This document shows positions 50,408 to 62,522 of a DNA stretch of 64,000 nucleotides, piece by piece. How positions within the stretch are numbered: position 1 is the first letter of the stretch; the number at the start of each line of letters is the position of its first letter. Both the position numbers and the translations under genes were made by a program. The stretch comes from Chiloscyllium plagiosum (taxonomy: Eukaryota), in contig NC_057749.1 of the NCBI RefSeq assembly GCF_004010195.1, positions 17,377,778-17,441,777 on the forward strand, read 5' to 3'. The notes under the pieces are model-generated. The model had not been told where the DNA came from. It was given only the letters and a program-made list of their open reading frames with translations, and did no database searches.

Positions 50408-51042
50408 GGTGAAAGTGAGGACTGCAGATGCTGGAGATCAAAGGTTTGGTGCTGGAAAAGCACAGCAGGTCAGGCAGCATCCGAGGAGCAGGAGAATCAA
50501 TGTTTCGGGCAAAGGCCCTTCATCAGGAATGAGGCTGGGAGCCTCCGGGGTGGAGAGATAAATGGGAGGGGCTAGGGGAAAGGTAGCTGAGAGTGCTCTG
50601 GGGAGGGGGAGTTGGGGTGTTTAGCCACTGAGCGGTGGGGTTAGTTGTTGTGGGTGTCCCGGAAATGTTCTCTAAAATGCTTTGCAAGTAGGCATCCTGT
50701 CACCCCAATGTTGAGGAGACCGCATCGGGAGCAACGGATACAGTAAATGACCCGTGGCCGAGTTCTTCGGCTCTCCGTCCCACTGTGCCAGGGGCATGCA
50801 GGTCCTGGGCTGCCTCCATCACCGCTCCCTGGCTGCCTTGGGGCGCTCCAGCCCTGCAGCGTTGGTGTGGGTTTCGCTGGTTTCCTCATTTCCCCTCCCC
50901 ACCCACCCACCCCCCCCCACCTTGTCCCAGTTCCGACTTGGCACCATCTTCACGGCGTGTCCTGCCTGTCCGTCTTCCTTCACCCTCCTGTCTGACCTGT
51001 CACTGTTGCCCCCAACTCCCATCTGACTATCGCACTCTCAGC
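50408..51042 (-). mobile_element. Rearranged Neptune-type PLE fragment inserted in CR1
   Basis: VIYCIRCSRCGLLNIGVTG GIY-YIG remnant. The part from about 50760 to 51040 is inverted relative to the rest. ACACTTAAT repeated at 50394 and 51043. Confidence 0.82.
50494..50530 (-). ncRNA. Hammerhead ribozyme motif (stem III decayed)
   Basis: Reverse complement reads auuc-CUGAUGA-A-GGGC[cuuu]GCCC-GAAAC-AUU-gauuc. Confidence 0.72.
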
Positions 51043-53671
51043 ACACTTAATGGTAAATTCCTAGGGAATGTTGCTGAACAAAGAGACCTTGGAGTGCAGG
51101 TTCATAGCTCCTTGAAAGTAAACTCACAGGTAGATAGGATAGTGAAGAAAGTGTCTGGTATGCTTTCCTTTATTGGTCAGAGTTTTGAATATAGGAGTTG
51201 GGAGGTCATTTTGCGGCTGTACGGGATATTGGTTAGGCCACTGTTGGAATGTTGCATGCAATTCTGATCTCCTTCCTGTCAGAAGGATGTTGTGAAACCT
51301 GAAAGGGTTCAGAAAAGATTTACAAGGATGTTGCCAGGGTTTGAGGATTTGAGCTATAGAGAGAGGTTGAATAGGCTGGGGTTGTTTTCCCTGGAGCATC
51401 AGAGGTTGAGGGGTGACCTTTATAGAAGTTTATAAAATCATGAGGGGCATGGATAGGATAAATAGACAAGGTTTTTTCCCTGGGGTGGGTGAGTCCAGAA
51501 CTAAAGGGCATATGTTTAGGGTGAGAGGGGAAAGATATAAAAGGGACCCAAGGGACAATTTTTTTCAAGCAGAGTGTCATCCGTGTATGGAATGAGCTGC
51601 CAGAGGAAGTGACGGTGGCTGGTACAATTGCAACATTTAAAAAGCAACTGGATGGGTATATGAATAGGAAGGGTTTGGAGGGATATGGGCTGGGTTCTGG
51701 CAAGTGGGACTAGATTGGGTTAGGCTATCTGGTCGGCATGGACAAGTTGGACCGAAGGTTCTGTTTCCGTGCTGTACATCTCTGTGACTTGTACTCTCAA
51801 ACTTGTTGCTTCCCTCGCCAAGCTATTCCAGTACAGCTACGACACTGGCATCTACACAACAATTAGAAAATTACCCAAATACATCCTGCACATAAAAAGC
51901 AGGACACATCCAACCTGACCAATTACCGTCCCATCGTTCTTCTCTCGAATATCAGTGAAGTAATGAAAGGTGTCATCAATAGTGCTTTCAAGCAGCACCT
52001 ACTCGGCAATAACCTGCATAGTGACACCCAGTTTGGTCTCCGCCAGGGCCACCCAGCTCTTGACCTCATTACAGCCTTGGTTCAAACATGGACAAAAGAG
52101 TTGAATTCCAGAGGGGAGGTGAGAATGACAGTCCTTGACATCAAGACTGCCTTTGACTGAGTGTGGTATCAAGAAGCCCTAGCAAAACTGGAATCAAAGG
52201 GTATATGGAGCAAATGCTCCTGTGGTTGGCATCATACTTGATGCAAAGGAACATGTTGTGCTGTTGGAGGTCAGTCATCTCGGCTCCAGAACATCTCTGC
52301 AGGAGTTCTCAATGTAGTGAGCTCGGCCCAATTGTCTTCAACTGCTTCATCAATGATCTTCCCTCCATTATCATGTCAAATGTGGGGATGTTCACCAATG
52401 ATTGCACAATGTTCACCATTCGTGACTCCTCAGATACTGATGCAGTCCATGTTCAAGTGCATCAAATCTGACAATATCTAGGCTTGGCCTGACAAGCAGT
52501 AAGTAACTTTTTCACCACACAAAAGCCAAGCTATGACAATCACCAATAAAAGACAGTTAACCACCATCCCACCGACATTCAGCCGGATATCCAAGATGCA
52601 TTGCAGAAATTCATCATAGATCCTGAGACAACACCTTCCAAACCCATGACCATTTCCATCTGGAAGGACAAGGGTAGCAGGTAAATGGGAATGCCATCAC
52701 CTGCAAGTTCCCCTCCACACCACTCACCATTCTGACTTGGAAACATATCTTCAGTGTCACTTGGTCAAAAATTCTGGAATTCCCTCCTTAATGGCATTGT
52801 GGGTCAACCCACAGCAGATGGACTGCCATGAGTCAAGAAGGCAGCTCACCACCACTTTCTCAAGGGCAGTAAATGCTGGCCAGCTATCGATACCCACATC
52901 CCACAAATAATGGGTGGTTAATTTGAAAATACATGAATGCTGGAAATAAGAGCCAAAAGTAAAAATTGCAACATCAGGGAGACCACACCTACAATGAATG
53001 TGAACAGCATATAAATCAGATTTCAAGCTTGACCAGATATGTACTGGATTAGTCAAATGCAATTTCACTCTCTGTCTGCTTTATGTCAGAGCACGCAGGT
53101 TCTGTCTTGAAATACGCCAGAGGATTGGTGAACCGAGAAATGAATGAATTAGGAAATTTCAGAATGCAGCCAGGAACTTAGATCAATGAGTTAAGGTTAT
53201 TAATAGAATGTCCACAAATACACTTTTCACCTGAGAATTTGTGTTCTTAGAGATTTTGCATTGAACTGAAGATTAGCACAAGGGTTGGGCAATTTGAATG
53301 ATTTTGTATTTTAAAGCTTATCGCTTTGTGAATATAACTGATCTGCTTGAGCAATATGTACAGTAAGCAGTGAATTTGAAATGGAGCTCAGGACATATGC
53401 ATGTATGTGTAATCTGATTTGATTAATATACCTGATTGACCTGAAATGCCAATCAACACAGGATTCCAAGTTAGAAAATGAACACATTATGCTCAGAATT
53501 TCAGGCACAGAGCTTTTTCCCAAAACCGAGAGTGACCTCAGGATTTTAGATTTCCATAAATGCTGCATTTCACTCTCTTGAAGAGTTGTTTGATGTGCAG
53601 ATGATCACTGATTCTGTATATCTGTGCAGTGATTTGTTTGATGGTGATCTTGATTTTCTCTTCTCCCTCAG

Positions 53672-53901
53672 GTCAGGAACTCATATCTCATAATCTGACC
53701 CCACCCAGGAGTCCTGATTTAGGGCTAGAGCGAGGGAAAGAGTTTAAGGAGAATAAAGAGCCATCACCAAAAGTAAAGCGAAGGAGGAGTGTGAAAATTA
53801 GCAACGTGGGCTTGGAGCCCATACAGTGCCAGCACGACGAGTTACAGATTATTACCAGTGCCAATGATTTCAAGTGTATGAATGAATTCCTGCAGAAGAA
53901 G
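53672..53901 (+). CDS. MYO9A: Myosin IXa tail exon (QELISHNLTPPRSP...KEFKENKEPSPKVKRRRSVKIS...MNEFLQKK)
   Basis: ctcag|GT CAG...AAG|gtaagt, 230 nt, phase 1 to 0. KEFKENKEPSPK is characteristic of MYO9A. Confidence 0.95.
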
Positions 53902-54140
53902 GTAAGTGTGAAACTCTACAATCAAATCTAAGGTTCTCATGGACAAAGCAGCAAAATTGATTCTCAAGGAAACTGGGTGGATGCAACAAGCTGAAAAATA
54001 ACATCAGAGATTCACATCTGCATAAAATTTATGGAATGAGACGTTTCCCTATCTACATTGGAGGGCCTCCATTAAATGGGTTTTGGCAAAGACAGCCTAT
54101 TTCTAACTGGACAGAGGCAGGCTTGGCAGAAATAGAAAAG

Positions 54141-54354
54141 AGGTAAAAACAATGACTGCAGATGCTGGAAACCAGATTCTGGATTAGTGGTGCTGGAAGA
54201 GCACAGCAGTTCAGGCAGCATCCAAGGAGCAGCGAAATCGATGTTTCGAGCAAAAGCCCTATTCCTGATGAAGGGCTTTTGCCCAAAACATCGATTTCGA
54301 AGATCCTTGGATGCTGCCTGAACTGCTGTGCTCTTCCAGCACCACTAATCCAGA
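54141..54354. mobile_element. Fold-back insertion of two inverted PLE terminal repeats
   Basis: 54177-54260 is the reverse complement of 54272-54354. 14-bp direct repeat CAGAAATAGAAAAG at 54127-54140 and 54351-54364. Confidence 0.9.
54261..54297 (+). ncRNA. Hammerhead ribozyme motif (decayed)
   Basis: auuc-CUGAUGA-A-GGGC[uuuu]GCCC-AAAAC-AUC-gauu. Confidence 0.68.
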
Positions 54355-54638
54355 AATAGAAAAGGTTTGCAGTGCACCTTTTATTGTTTATAAGGAAGCT
54401 TGTTGCTTGGGGAGAATGAAGAAATCTTTATTTAGTAATTAACCGGTATACTTATGTCAGAGTCATGAATGCCAGTGCTTGAGTGTGATTTTGAAAGGGT
54501 TCCATTAGTATCCCAAGTAACCTTGTTATGCTCAAAATTTGCAAATTTTATTTTAACTAAGACTCTTCCTCTGTAAGTTAACGATGTCTTACATTCATAC
54601 TTAAAGGAATATTTTATCTTTTTGCTTTACCTTTTCAG

Positions 54639-54755
54639 ATCACTGACCTGGACACTGATGACTGCAAGAAGGATACATTTGTGGATGTTGTTTTTAAGAA
54701 ATCCCTTAAAGAGTTCCGTTTAAATATATTCAACTCTTATTCGGCAGCTTTAGCG
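54639..54755 (+). CDS. MYO9A: Myosin IXa tail exon (ITDLDTDDCKKDTFVDVVFKKSLKEFRLNIFNSYSAALA)
   Basis: ttcag|ATC...GCG|gtgagt, 117 nt, open frame. Confidence 0.94.
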
Positions 54756-55136
54756 GTGAGTGTAGGTTCAGATCGATGAGGATTTTGACCATATATTGAT
54801 GGAATGGAAGGTGAAACGAAGCAATCATTGTAAGCTGTAAATTACGTAATGAGAACTTTTTACTGTTGCTTTTTGATGATCTAGACTGATTTGTTTTTCT
54901 TATCCTGTAGAATTGCCTTCATTCCATCTATAAATTTTTGTTTGAGGGAGTAGAAAATTATCAAAGCTGCTGCTGAATTATCATCTATTTTCTAGGAGGG
55001 AGCAATTTATTCTTAACTTACAATAAATCCAACATATTAAGTTGAAGTATCGCACCAAAGATTAAGTGGCAGGGAGGGATAGCATGACCCTAGCTATGAT
55101 ACTCTTTTGTTCAGTGTAATGGTATTTCTGTCACAG

Positions 55137-55325
55137 ATGGACAATGGGAAGAGCATTCGGTACAAAGATTTGTATGCGCTATTTGAGCAGATTCTGGAGA
55201 AGACGATGAGACAGGAGCAACGTGATTGGAATGAGTCTCCGGTCAAAGTGTGGGTCAACACCTTTAAGGTGTTCCTAGATGAATTTATGATGGAATACAA
55301 AATTCTGGAGAATAACACTGGAAAG
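55137..55325 (+). CDS. MYO9A: Myosin IXa tail exon (MDNGKSIRYKDLYALFEQILEKTMR...VWVNTFKVFLDEF...GK)
   Basis: cacag|ATG...AAG|gtgaga, 189 nt, inside ORF 55107..55361. Confidence 0.96.
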
Positions 55326-55569
55326 GTGAGATGTTTAAGATATTTAGCTCAATTTGTTTGAGATGTACATAGGTAAAAATCCAAGATTTGTAATGTAGGA
55401 CCACAGATATTGAAATAATAACCACAAAAGTGAGGTAAGTCAAGAAGTAATTAGATGGCACCAAGTATTAACTTTAAGAGACCATGAGGATGAGCAAGGG
55501 GGGAGGGAGAGACGCGAATATAGCAAGCTTTGACCATCTTGAAAAGCATGATTGTGAAGGACCTTTGTT

Positions 55570-57500
55570 TTATTCACTCATAACGATGTGGGCATTGGTG
55601 GCTGGCCAGCATTTTCTTACCCATCCCTAGTTTTTCCACAGAATTCCTGCAGTGCAGAGCAGGCCATTTGGCCCATAGAGTCCGCACTGACCCTCCAAAG
55701 AGCATCCCACCTGGACCACCCACAACTCCCTACCATGCACCTGTAACCCTGCATTTCCCATGGCTAATTCATCTAGCCCACATATCCCTGGACACTATGG
55801 ATCAATTAAGTGTGGCCAATCCACCTGCGCTGCACATCTTTGGACTGTGCGAGGAAACCGGAGCATCAGGAGGAAACCCAGGCAGACACTTGGCGAATGT
55901 GCAAACTCCACACAGACAGTCACCTGAGGTGAAATGGAACACAGGCCCATGGTGCTGTGAGGCAGCAGCGCTAACCACTGAGCCACCATACTGCCCCAAG
56001 AATGTGGTGATGAGCTGCCTTCTTAAACTGTTGCAGTCCAATGCTGTACATTGATTCACAATGCTGTCAGGAAGGGAATTGCAGGATTTTGACCCAGTGT
56101 CAGTGAAAGAGTGGCAACATGTTTCCAAATTTGAACGGTAAGTAGCTTGGAGGGGAACTTGCAGGGGATGGTGTTCCCATATATCTGCTGTCTTTGCCCT
56201 TCTAGATGGAAATGGTTATGGATTTGGAAGGTGTTGCCTAAGGATCTTTGGTGAATTTCTGCAGCACGTCTTGTAGTTACAGCTGCTGCTAAATGTTGAT
56301 GGTGGAGGGAGTGATTGTTTGTAGATGTGCTGCAACACACTCCTGGCTAGTGCCTTGTAGATGGTGGACAGGCTTTGGGGAGACAAGAGATGAGTTACTC
56401 GCTGCAGATTTCCTAGTTCTGATCAGCTATCTGTATTTGTGAAGAGTCCAGTTGATTTTCTGGTCAATGCTAACCCCAAGGATGCTGATAGTGGGGAATT
56501 CAGTGATGGTAACACCATTGAATGTCAAGGGGCAGTGATGAGATTGTCTCTTACTGGAGATGATCATTGCCTAGCATTTGTTTGGCGCAAATGTTACTTG
56601 CCACTTGTCAACTTAAGCTTGGATGTTGTCCAGATTTTGTTGTATTTGTTCATGGATTGTTTCAGTATCTGAGGAGTTGCAAATGTTGTTGAAAATGCGT
56701 GGGCCAAGGACACTACCCTGAGGAACTCTTGGAGCTGAGATAACTGACCTCCAACAGCTGCAATCATCTTCTTATATGTCAGGTATGACTCTAAGCACTG
56801 GCAAGTTTGCCCACTGATACCCATTGATTCCAATTTTGCCAGGCCTCCTTGATGCCTCACTCGGTTGAATGCAACCTTGATGTAGAGGGCATCACTCTCA
56901 CCTCACTTGTGGAATTTAACCCTTTTGTCCATGTTTGAACCAAGGCTGCAATGAGGTCAGGAGCTGAGTGGCCCTGATGGAACCCAAACTGAGTGGCCCT
57001 GATGGAGCATGTTATTGCTCAGCAAGTGTTGCTTGATAGCACTATTGATAACATCTTCCATCACTTTACTGTGGTTGAGAGTAGACTGGTTGGATTTGTC
57101 CTGCTTTTTGTGGGACAATTTTCTAGTTGTTGTGTAGATGCTGGTATTGTAGCTGTATTGGAACAGGAGAGCAACAAGTTCTGGAGTATGAATCTTGAGT
57201 ATTACTACTACCACAATGTTATCAGGCCCATATCCTTTGCAGTGTCCAGTGCATTCAACTGTTTCTTGATGTCACATGGAGTGAATTGGGTGAAGACTGT
57301 TATCTGTGATGCTGGGGCTACTGGAGGAGGCCAAGATGAATCATTCACTTGCCAATTCTGGCTGAAGATTGCTGTGAATGCTTCACCCTTATCTTTTCCA
57401 CTAACCTGGGCTCTTGTATCATTGAGGATGGTGTGATTTGTGGAACCTCGGTGAGCTGTTTAATTATCCAGCACCGTTCACAACTTGTGGCAAGAATGCA
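55570..57500 (-). mobile_element. CR1-group LINE 3' portion (same family as 46680-52905) with an HE1-like SINE inserted at about 55640-55995
   Basis: SKVMEDVINSAIKQHLLSNN peptide; SINE is the reverse complement of the 1084-1370 family. Confidence 0.8.
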
Positions 57501-58148
57501 GAGCTTAGACATGATCCATTGGTACATGGTAATCAGCAGCAGGCTTTCTTGGCCCTGTTAAACCTGAAGCCTTGAGACTTCAATGTTAATGACTCTGAGG
57601 ATAGGTGGGAATTCAAAAAGGCTCTGAAATCATAACTCGATTTCCCTTAACGGCCTAATTGGCATAGGCACCATTCTATACCATTTTAATCATGTGCTTG
57701 TGCTGAGTTAGACGAGATGAACTGTGACGATGTTAATGTGTGTTCTGGTGAAATCGTCCAGGAATTCTGCTGCTGCTTGCAATCTAGTGGCCCCTCCTAT
57801 TGATAGTTTTTGAGGACAGGTTTGAACTCATTTGTCATTCTCGTCATGATTCTTTAGTCTGCCAACACTGTCTGGACTCTTGCAAGTTGAATTCCTATTT
57901 GAAATGCTGTTGGCATCTGTGAAAACAAACCTCGAGTTTAGCTGTTCATGAGAGTAGTTTGTGGAAAAGTAAAAGTGATGGAAAGCCCAAGATTGATCAG
58001 ATTTGTTAATTATATCAGTGAAGTAAGTGTCTAGTTTTACATTCTAGCTTGTGTGATTCCCTGACTGCCTGTTGCCTAGAAACATGGGTGTGGGTGTATG
58101 CATGTGCGGGCACATTCACTCACGTAAGAATCCGACTTTGTTTCACAG

Positions 58149-58196
58149 GCGCAAAAAGTTGAAAGAAAGAAGAGACGGAAGAAAGAAACTGACATT
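58149..58196 (+). CDS. MYO9A: Myosin IXa short basic exon (AQKVERKKRRKKETDI)
   Basis: cacag|GCG...ATT|gtaagt, 48 nt. ERKKRRKKETD motif preceding the C1 domain. Confidence 0.93.
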
Positions 58197-59169
58197 GTAA
58201 GTAATTGAGTATTGTCAGACTCCCAGTCACGTTCTTTGTCTGTTTCACCAAACTCTGTGTTCCATTAATCTGTTAATGCACTCCAGTTGCACCTATTTCC
58301 AACCTGAGCTAACTGTTGTCCTCCGTATACTTATTCAGGCATCTGAAATTATTATTTGCAGGGATTTATTGTACTCTTTAGTAGAATTACCCTTCATACA
58401 GCACAACAGGAACTGCACTGTGTTTATGGAGCCTTTTTCTGTATTGTGCTACCTTATCAATTGACTTATTTCTTGAAAAGCAAAAGCAATAACTGCTCCA
58501 AGAAGCTATAATGATAGAAAGTGGGTGACAAAGTTCACTTTGTCTTTGTAGCATCAAAAACTTGAGTCTAGTTTGAACGATAATGTTATTTTTGAAATAT
58601 CACATATTTCCAAGTAAATTCAGGACCTCTCTTACTCTCTATACTTTCTTTAAGCCACCTGGTTCTTTAAACCAGCCCTGTTGAGAGGTATAAGCTATTT
58701 AAATACTTTTGAGTAATCAGATCTGCTAATAGTAAAGCTTCAGGTTTCTAATATTCCTGCTTTGCAGTGATTCCAGCTATACAAAACATTGTGTTTGATA
58801 TTTACACCATTCCTGTCTTAAGTATATTGTCTCATTTCTAGACTGACACCTAGTGTTGACACCCGGTTTGTGACTGAATATATGTCGTGTAAAAAATCCT
58901 CATGGACTTATCTCATAACACATTTACCTAGTAATCTTGGACCTTCTAAATCTGTGTATAATTGTTTATTTGCGTACAGTTCATAAAATGTGAAATACTG
59001 TTAAGACAGACTTGAGTGAATGCAAAATACCAGCAATAAATAGTGTTGCACAGAAATTACCCGACAGCGCAAACGAATTTAATTAAAATTTGTCTCCATT
59101 GTTGGTTTTCCATGTCCTATAGTGAGTAACATCCAGTCACACTCATGTCTTATGTTTGTCATGTACATA

Positions 59170-60380
59170 TGATCATATGTGAAGCTCTTTTGTTGGAGGT
59201 GGAAGGGAGAAAGAAACTTAGTGAAATTAAAATCATTACAGAAGCAGTACCAAGCAAAGCAATGAGTTGTGGACTAGCAAACCTGAATCCAGATGTCCAA
59301 TATAGGGTATAAGAAGAAGTCACTTGTGGGCAATTAAATGCATTTGTGGTAATTTTCCAAAATTTCCCAGATTCAGAAAAAGTTCCACCAGACTGTAGAG
59401 TAGCAAATATAACCACTGTTCAAAAAGGGAGGGAAGATAACGGGGAACCAGAAGCCAGCTAGTTTCACCTCTTTTGTGGGGAAGGTGTCAGAATCATTCA
59501 TTAGTTAGCTTACAGCTGGACATTTAAAGGTTCTAGACAATTAGGAAGATACAACATGGATTTGTAAAAAGGAAATCACGCTTAACCAATTTATTAGACC
59601 AATTTATTTAGTGGCCCATGTGCTGGGCATGCACTGAAGACATGTTGTTTTTGGATTCCAGAAGGCAGTTGTGGAAAATATGTGTTCATAGTGTAGTAGG
59701 TAATATATTAGCATTGGTAGAAGATTGGCTGAAAATAGCCCTTGTCTCATTGGCACGTTGTCATAATGGAGTCCCGCTGGGGCCTCAGCCTTTTACAGTT
59801 TGCATCAATGACTTAAAGGAATTTAACGTAGAAGTAAGGATTTTATGGTTCATTTTAAGGGTCAATTGTGAGAACCACATCTCAAGCACTGTTTTCATCT
59901 CCTTGTTAAAGGAAGGAGCAAATGTATTGGAAGTGGTTCAGAAAAGGTTCAGAGGATTGCTATCCGGAAGGAGCAGTTGTCTCCTGAGAATAGATTTGAC
60001 AGGCTAGGCTGGTTTCCACTAGAATTTAGAAGAATGAGATTGAACTTGATTGAAGTGTATAAGATCCTGAATAATCATGACAAGGTTGGCATAGAAAGGA
60101 TGCTTCCTTGTGGGTCATTCCAGATGGGGAGCACTGCGTTTAAATTAGGGGTCACCTTGTTAGAACCAAGATGAGAACTTCTTTTCTCATAAAAGATTCG
60201 GTGACTTGGAATTCTGTCTCAGACATTATAGAAGCCTTGACATTGAACATTTTTAAGGCACAGGCAGATTGTCTTGCCATCAAGAATCTTATCAAAGGTT
60301 ATCAAGGGTATATGGATATGTGGAAATCAAAACACGTGCAAGGATGTGCATATGATTGGCCGCCATATGCTCCTATTTCA
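59170..60380 (+). mobile_element. Degraded CR1 LINE
   Basis: GVPLGPQPFTVCINDL and RRMRLNLIEVYKIL remnants. Confidence 0.75.
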
Positions 60381-60631
60381 TATATTGAATTTGTGTATTT
60401 TTATTCTAATTTAATGGTGTGTTCAATTGATGTTGAACTATTAGAAGTATGTTTATTTTAATGCTTAAGAGTGTCTATTGTAGTGAAGCATCCCACCATT
60501 TGAGTGCAGTAGAAGTACTGGAATTAATTTTCTTTTGAGGTGATGGGAATGATACAATTTTTTGAACAGTATTTTATCGCTGTCCCTAAATATTAGAATG
60601 ATTTTTATGAGCCAGATATATCTGATTACAG

Positions 60632-60743
60632 GTGGAGGAGTACAATGGTCATATTTTCAAATCTACACAGTACAGTATTCCCACCTACTGTGAATGCTGT
60701 TCCTCCCTTATCTGGATGATGGACAGAGCCTGCGTCTGCAAGT
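60632..60743 (+). CDS. MYO9A: Myosin IXa C1 zinc-finger exon 1 (VEEYNGHIFKSTQYSIPTYCECCSSLIWMMDRACVCK)
   Basis: tacag|GTG...AAG T|gtaagt, 112 nt, phase 0 to 1. H-x12-C-x2-C pattern of C1 domains. Confidence 0.96.
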
Positions 60744-60949
60744 GTAAGTTCCTACAGATATTGCACCAAAATTGAAGAGCAGACAAAAACTTTTGCTTTC
60801 AAGAAATTTTTACTTTTTTAATAAATTCTGTTTCCTCATAGTATGGCTGTTACTTGTCATATTCCCTCGTCTGCCTTTTTCCTTGAAATATATCTAAATG
60901 TCTGTAAGGGGCCATTTGTTCTGTCTACTTCCATAATCTATTATCGAAA

Positions 60950-61930
60950 GACATAGGAGCAAAGATTAGGTCATTTGGACCTGTTCCACCATTCAGTTAG
61001 ATCGTGGTTGATCTGATAACTCCCCAACTCCACTTTCCTGCCTTTTTGCCAAAGCCTTGAATTCTTTACTGATAATAGTGTCTGTCTTAGCCCTGAATAT
61101 ACTTAACAATGCAGCATCTACAACCTCTGCAGTAAAAAAAACTCCACGGATACACTTTGAGAAAAAAAAAACATTCTTCCTCATCACTGTTTTAAGTGGG
61201 TGACCCCTTACTCTGAGGTTATGCTCTTTGGTCCTAAACTCTCCAACAAAGGGATAAGAAGTCTCCACATCTCCCTGTCAAGCCATCTGAGAATCTTGTA
61301 TATTTCAATAACATGCCTCTCATTATTTTAAATTCCATTAAGTACATGCGCAATATACTCCACCTCGCTTCATAAAATTCCTCCCTACATGGTATTAACC
61401 TAGTGAACCTCCTCTGGACTGCCTCCAATGTGAATGTCTGTTTGCTTAGATAAGAGGACCACAACAGTTCACAAAATTCCAGATGTGACCTGACTAGTGT
61501 CTTGTACGGTCTCAAACTTTGTCAGACTTCTTTTTACAATCCTTCCATTAGGACAACAGTCCATATGCCTTCCCAGTTATCCGCTGAATTTAGATGCTCG
61601 CTTTTTGTGATTCATGCACAAAGATTCCCAAATTCCTCTGCAGTCTTTCTCCACTTAAAGCTCTTCTATTTTTTTCCTGTCCAAGTGGAGAGCCTCACTT
61701 TCTCCCTCATTAAACTCCATCTGCCAGGTTTTGACCCAGCCACTTAATCTATCTATATCCCTCTATGAAATTTCTCTCTCATTCTTGCCACTTGCGTTCC
61801 CACTGATTTTTGTGACATCTGCATACGCAGTGATGGTGCATTCACTTATGTCATCCAAATTATTAATATACTTTGTAAATAATCGTGGCCACAGAACTAA
61901 ACCCTGTTGCACTATTCTTCTGTAGTTACT
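60950..61930 (-). mobile_element. Degraded CR1 LINE 3' portion
   Basis: YKTLVRSHLEFC...LEAVQRRFTRLIP (ORF 61234..61515). Confidence 0.82.
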
Positions 61931-62207
61931 GGTTTCATAATACCCTCACAGCTAGGTGAAGCAGCTTTACCTGTTGGCTTTTGCCTTGAGAACGTTTAAA
62001 TATTTATTGTATCCAGTTTTATTTGTATGAATCCATGTGGACTAATGGGGTAAATATCTTATCGATTGTGGTGATTACAATATTACAACACTTGTGCATT
62101 TAAATCAAGCTGGTCAACTGAATTGCATCTTTCAAAATTAACTTCAGATAAAAATGTCTTTGCATATGTTGTGTTGTATGTTAGGCTACTTTTCACCTCT
62201 CTTTCAG

Positions 62208-62269
62208 TATGTAGGTATGCTTGCCATAGAAAGTGCTGCTTGAAAACTACGATCAAATGCTCCAAAAAG
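62208..62269 (+). CDS. MYO9A: Myosin IXa C1 zinc-finger exon 2 (LCRYACHRKCCLKTTIKCSKK)
   Basis: ttcag|TA TGT...AAG|gtaagt, 62 nt, phase 1 to 0. Completes C-x2-C-x4-H-x2-C-x7-C. Confidence 0.96.
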
Positions 62270-62522
62270 GTAAGTTGTCTTGAATTAGCAGAGCTTCAAA
62301 TTCTTTTTGAGCAATGCTCTGAGAGTGGCAGCTTTGCAGTTTTAAGCCATTCTTGTTTTTCAGACTTTACAAGACAATGTTCACTGAAACATGAGTGAAT
62401 CAGATGAGTTTTTTTTGACAATTGACAATGGATTCAGGGTCATGATTATATTCTTAATTCTAGATTTTTATTAAATTCGAATACCACCATTTGTTGAAAT
62501 TAGTTGAGACAGTTTTGATTCA

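Larger units (their letters stand above)
48320..51787 (+). mobile_element. Stack of plus-strand CR1 LINE fragments
   Basis: ORFs 48741..48956, 49001..49489, 49647..50228 and 51413..51595 are CR1 ORF2 pieces; 3' tails at about 49600 and 51787. Confidence 0.92.
46680..52905 (+). mobile_element. CR1-group LINE (46680-48177 and 51788-52905) split by a roughly 3.6-kb block of CR1 and PLE insertions
   Basis: Endonuclease remnant at 47350-47460. RT remnant NYRPIVLL...QFGLRQGH...LDIKTAFD (ORF 51963..52160). Sequence resumes across GAAGACT / GACTTGTACTC. Confidence 0.8.

Noticed and set aside
3904..62269. Assignment to the paralog MYO9B
   Set aside because: Tail motifs (ELEQAKFSLELLKVRS, NEKEMMEQIRQQT, KENKEPSPK, ERKKRRKKETD) match MYO9A as I recall it; a phylogeny would confirm.
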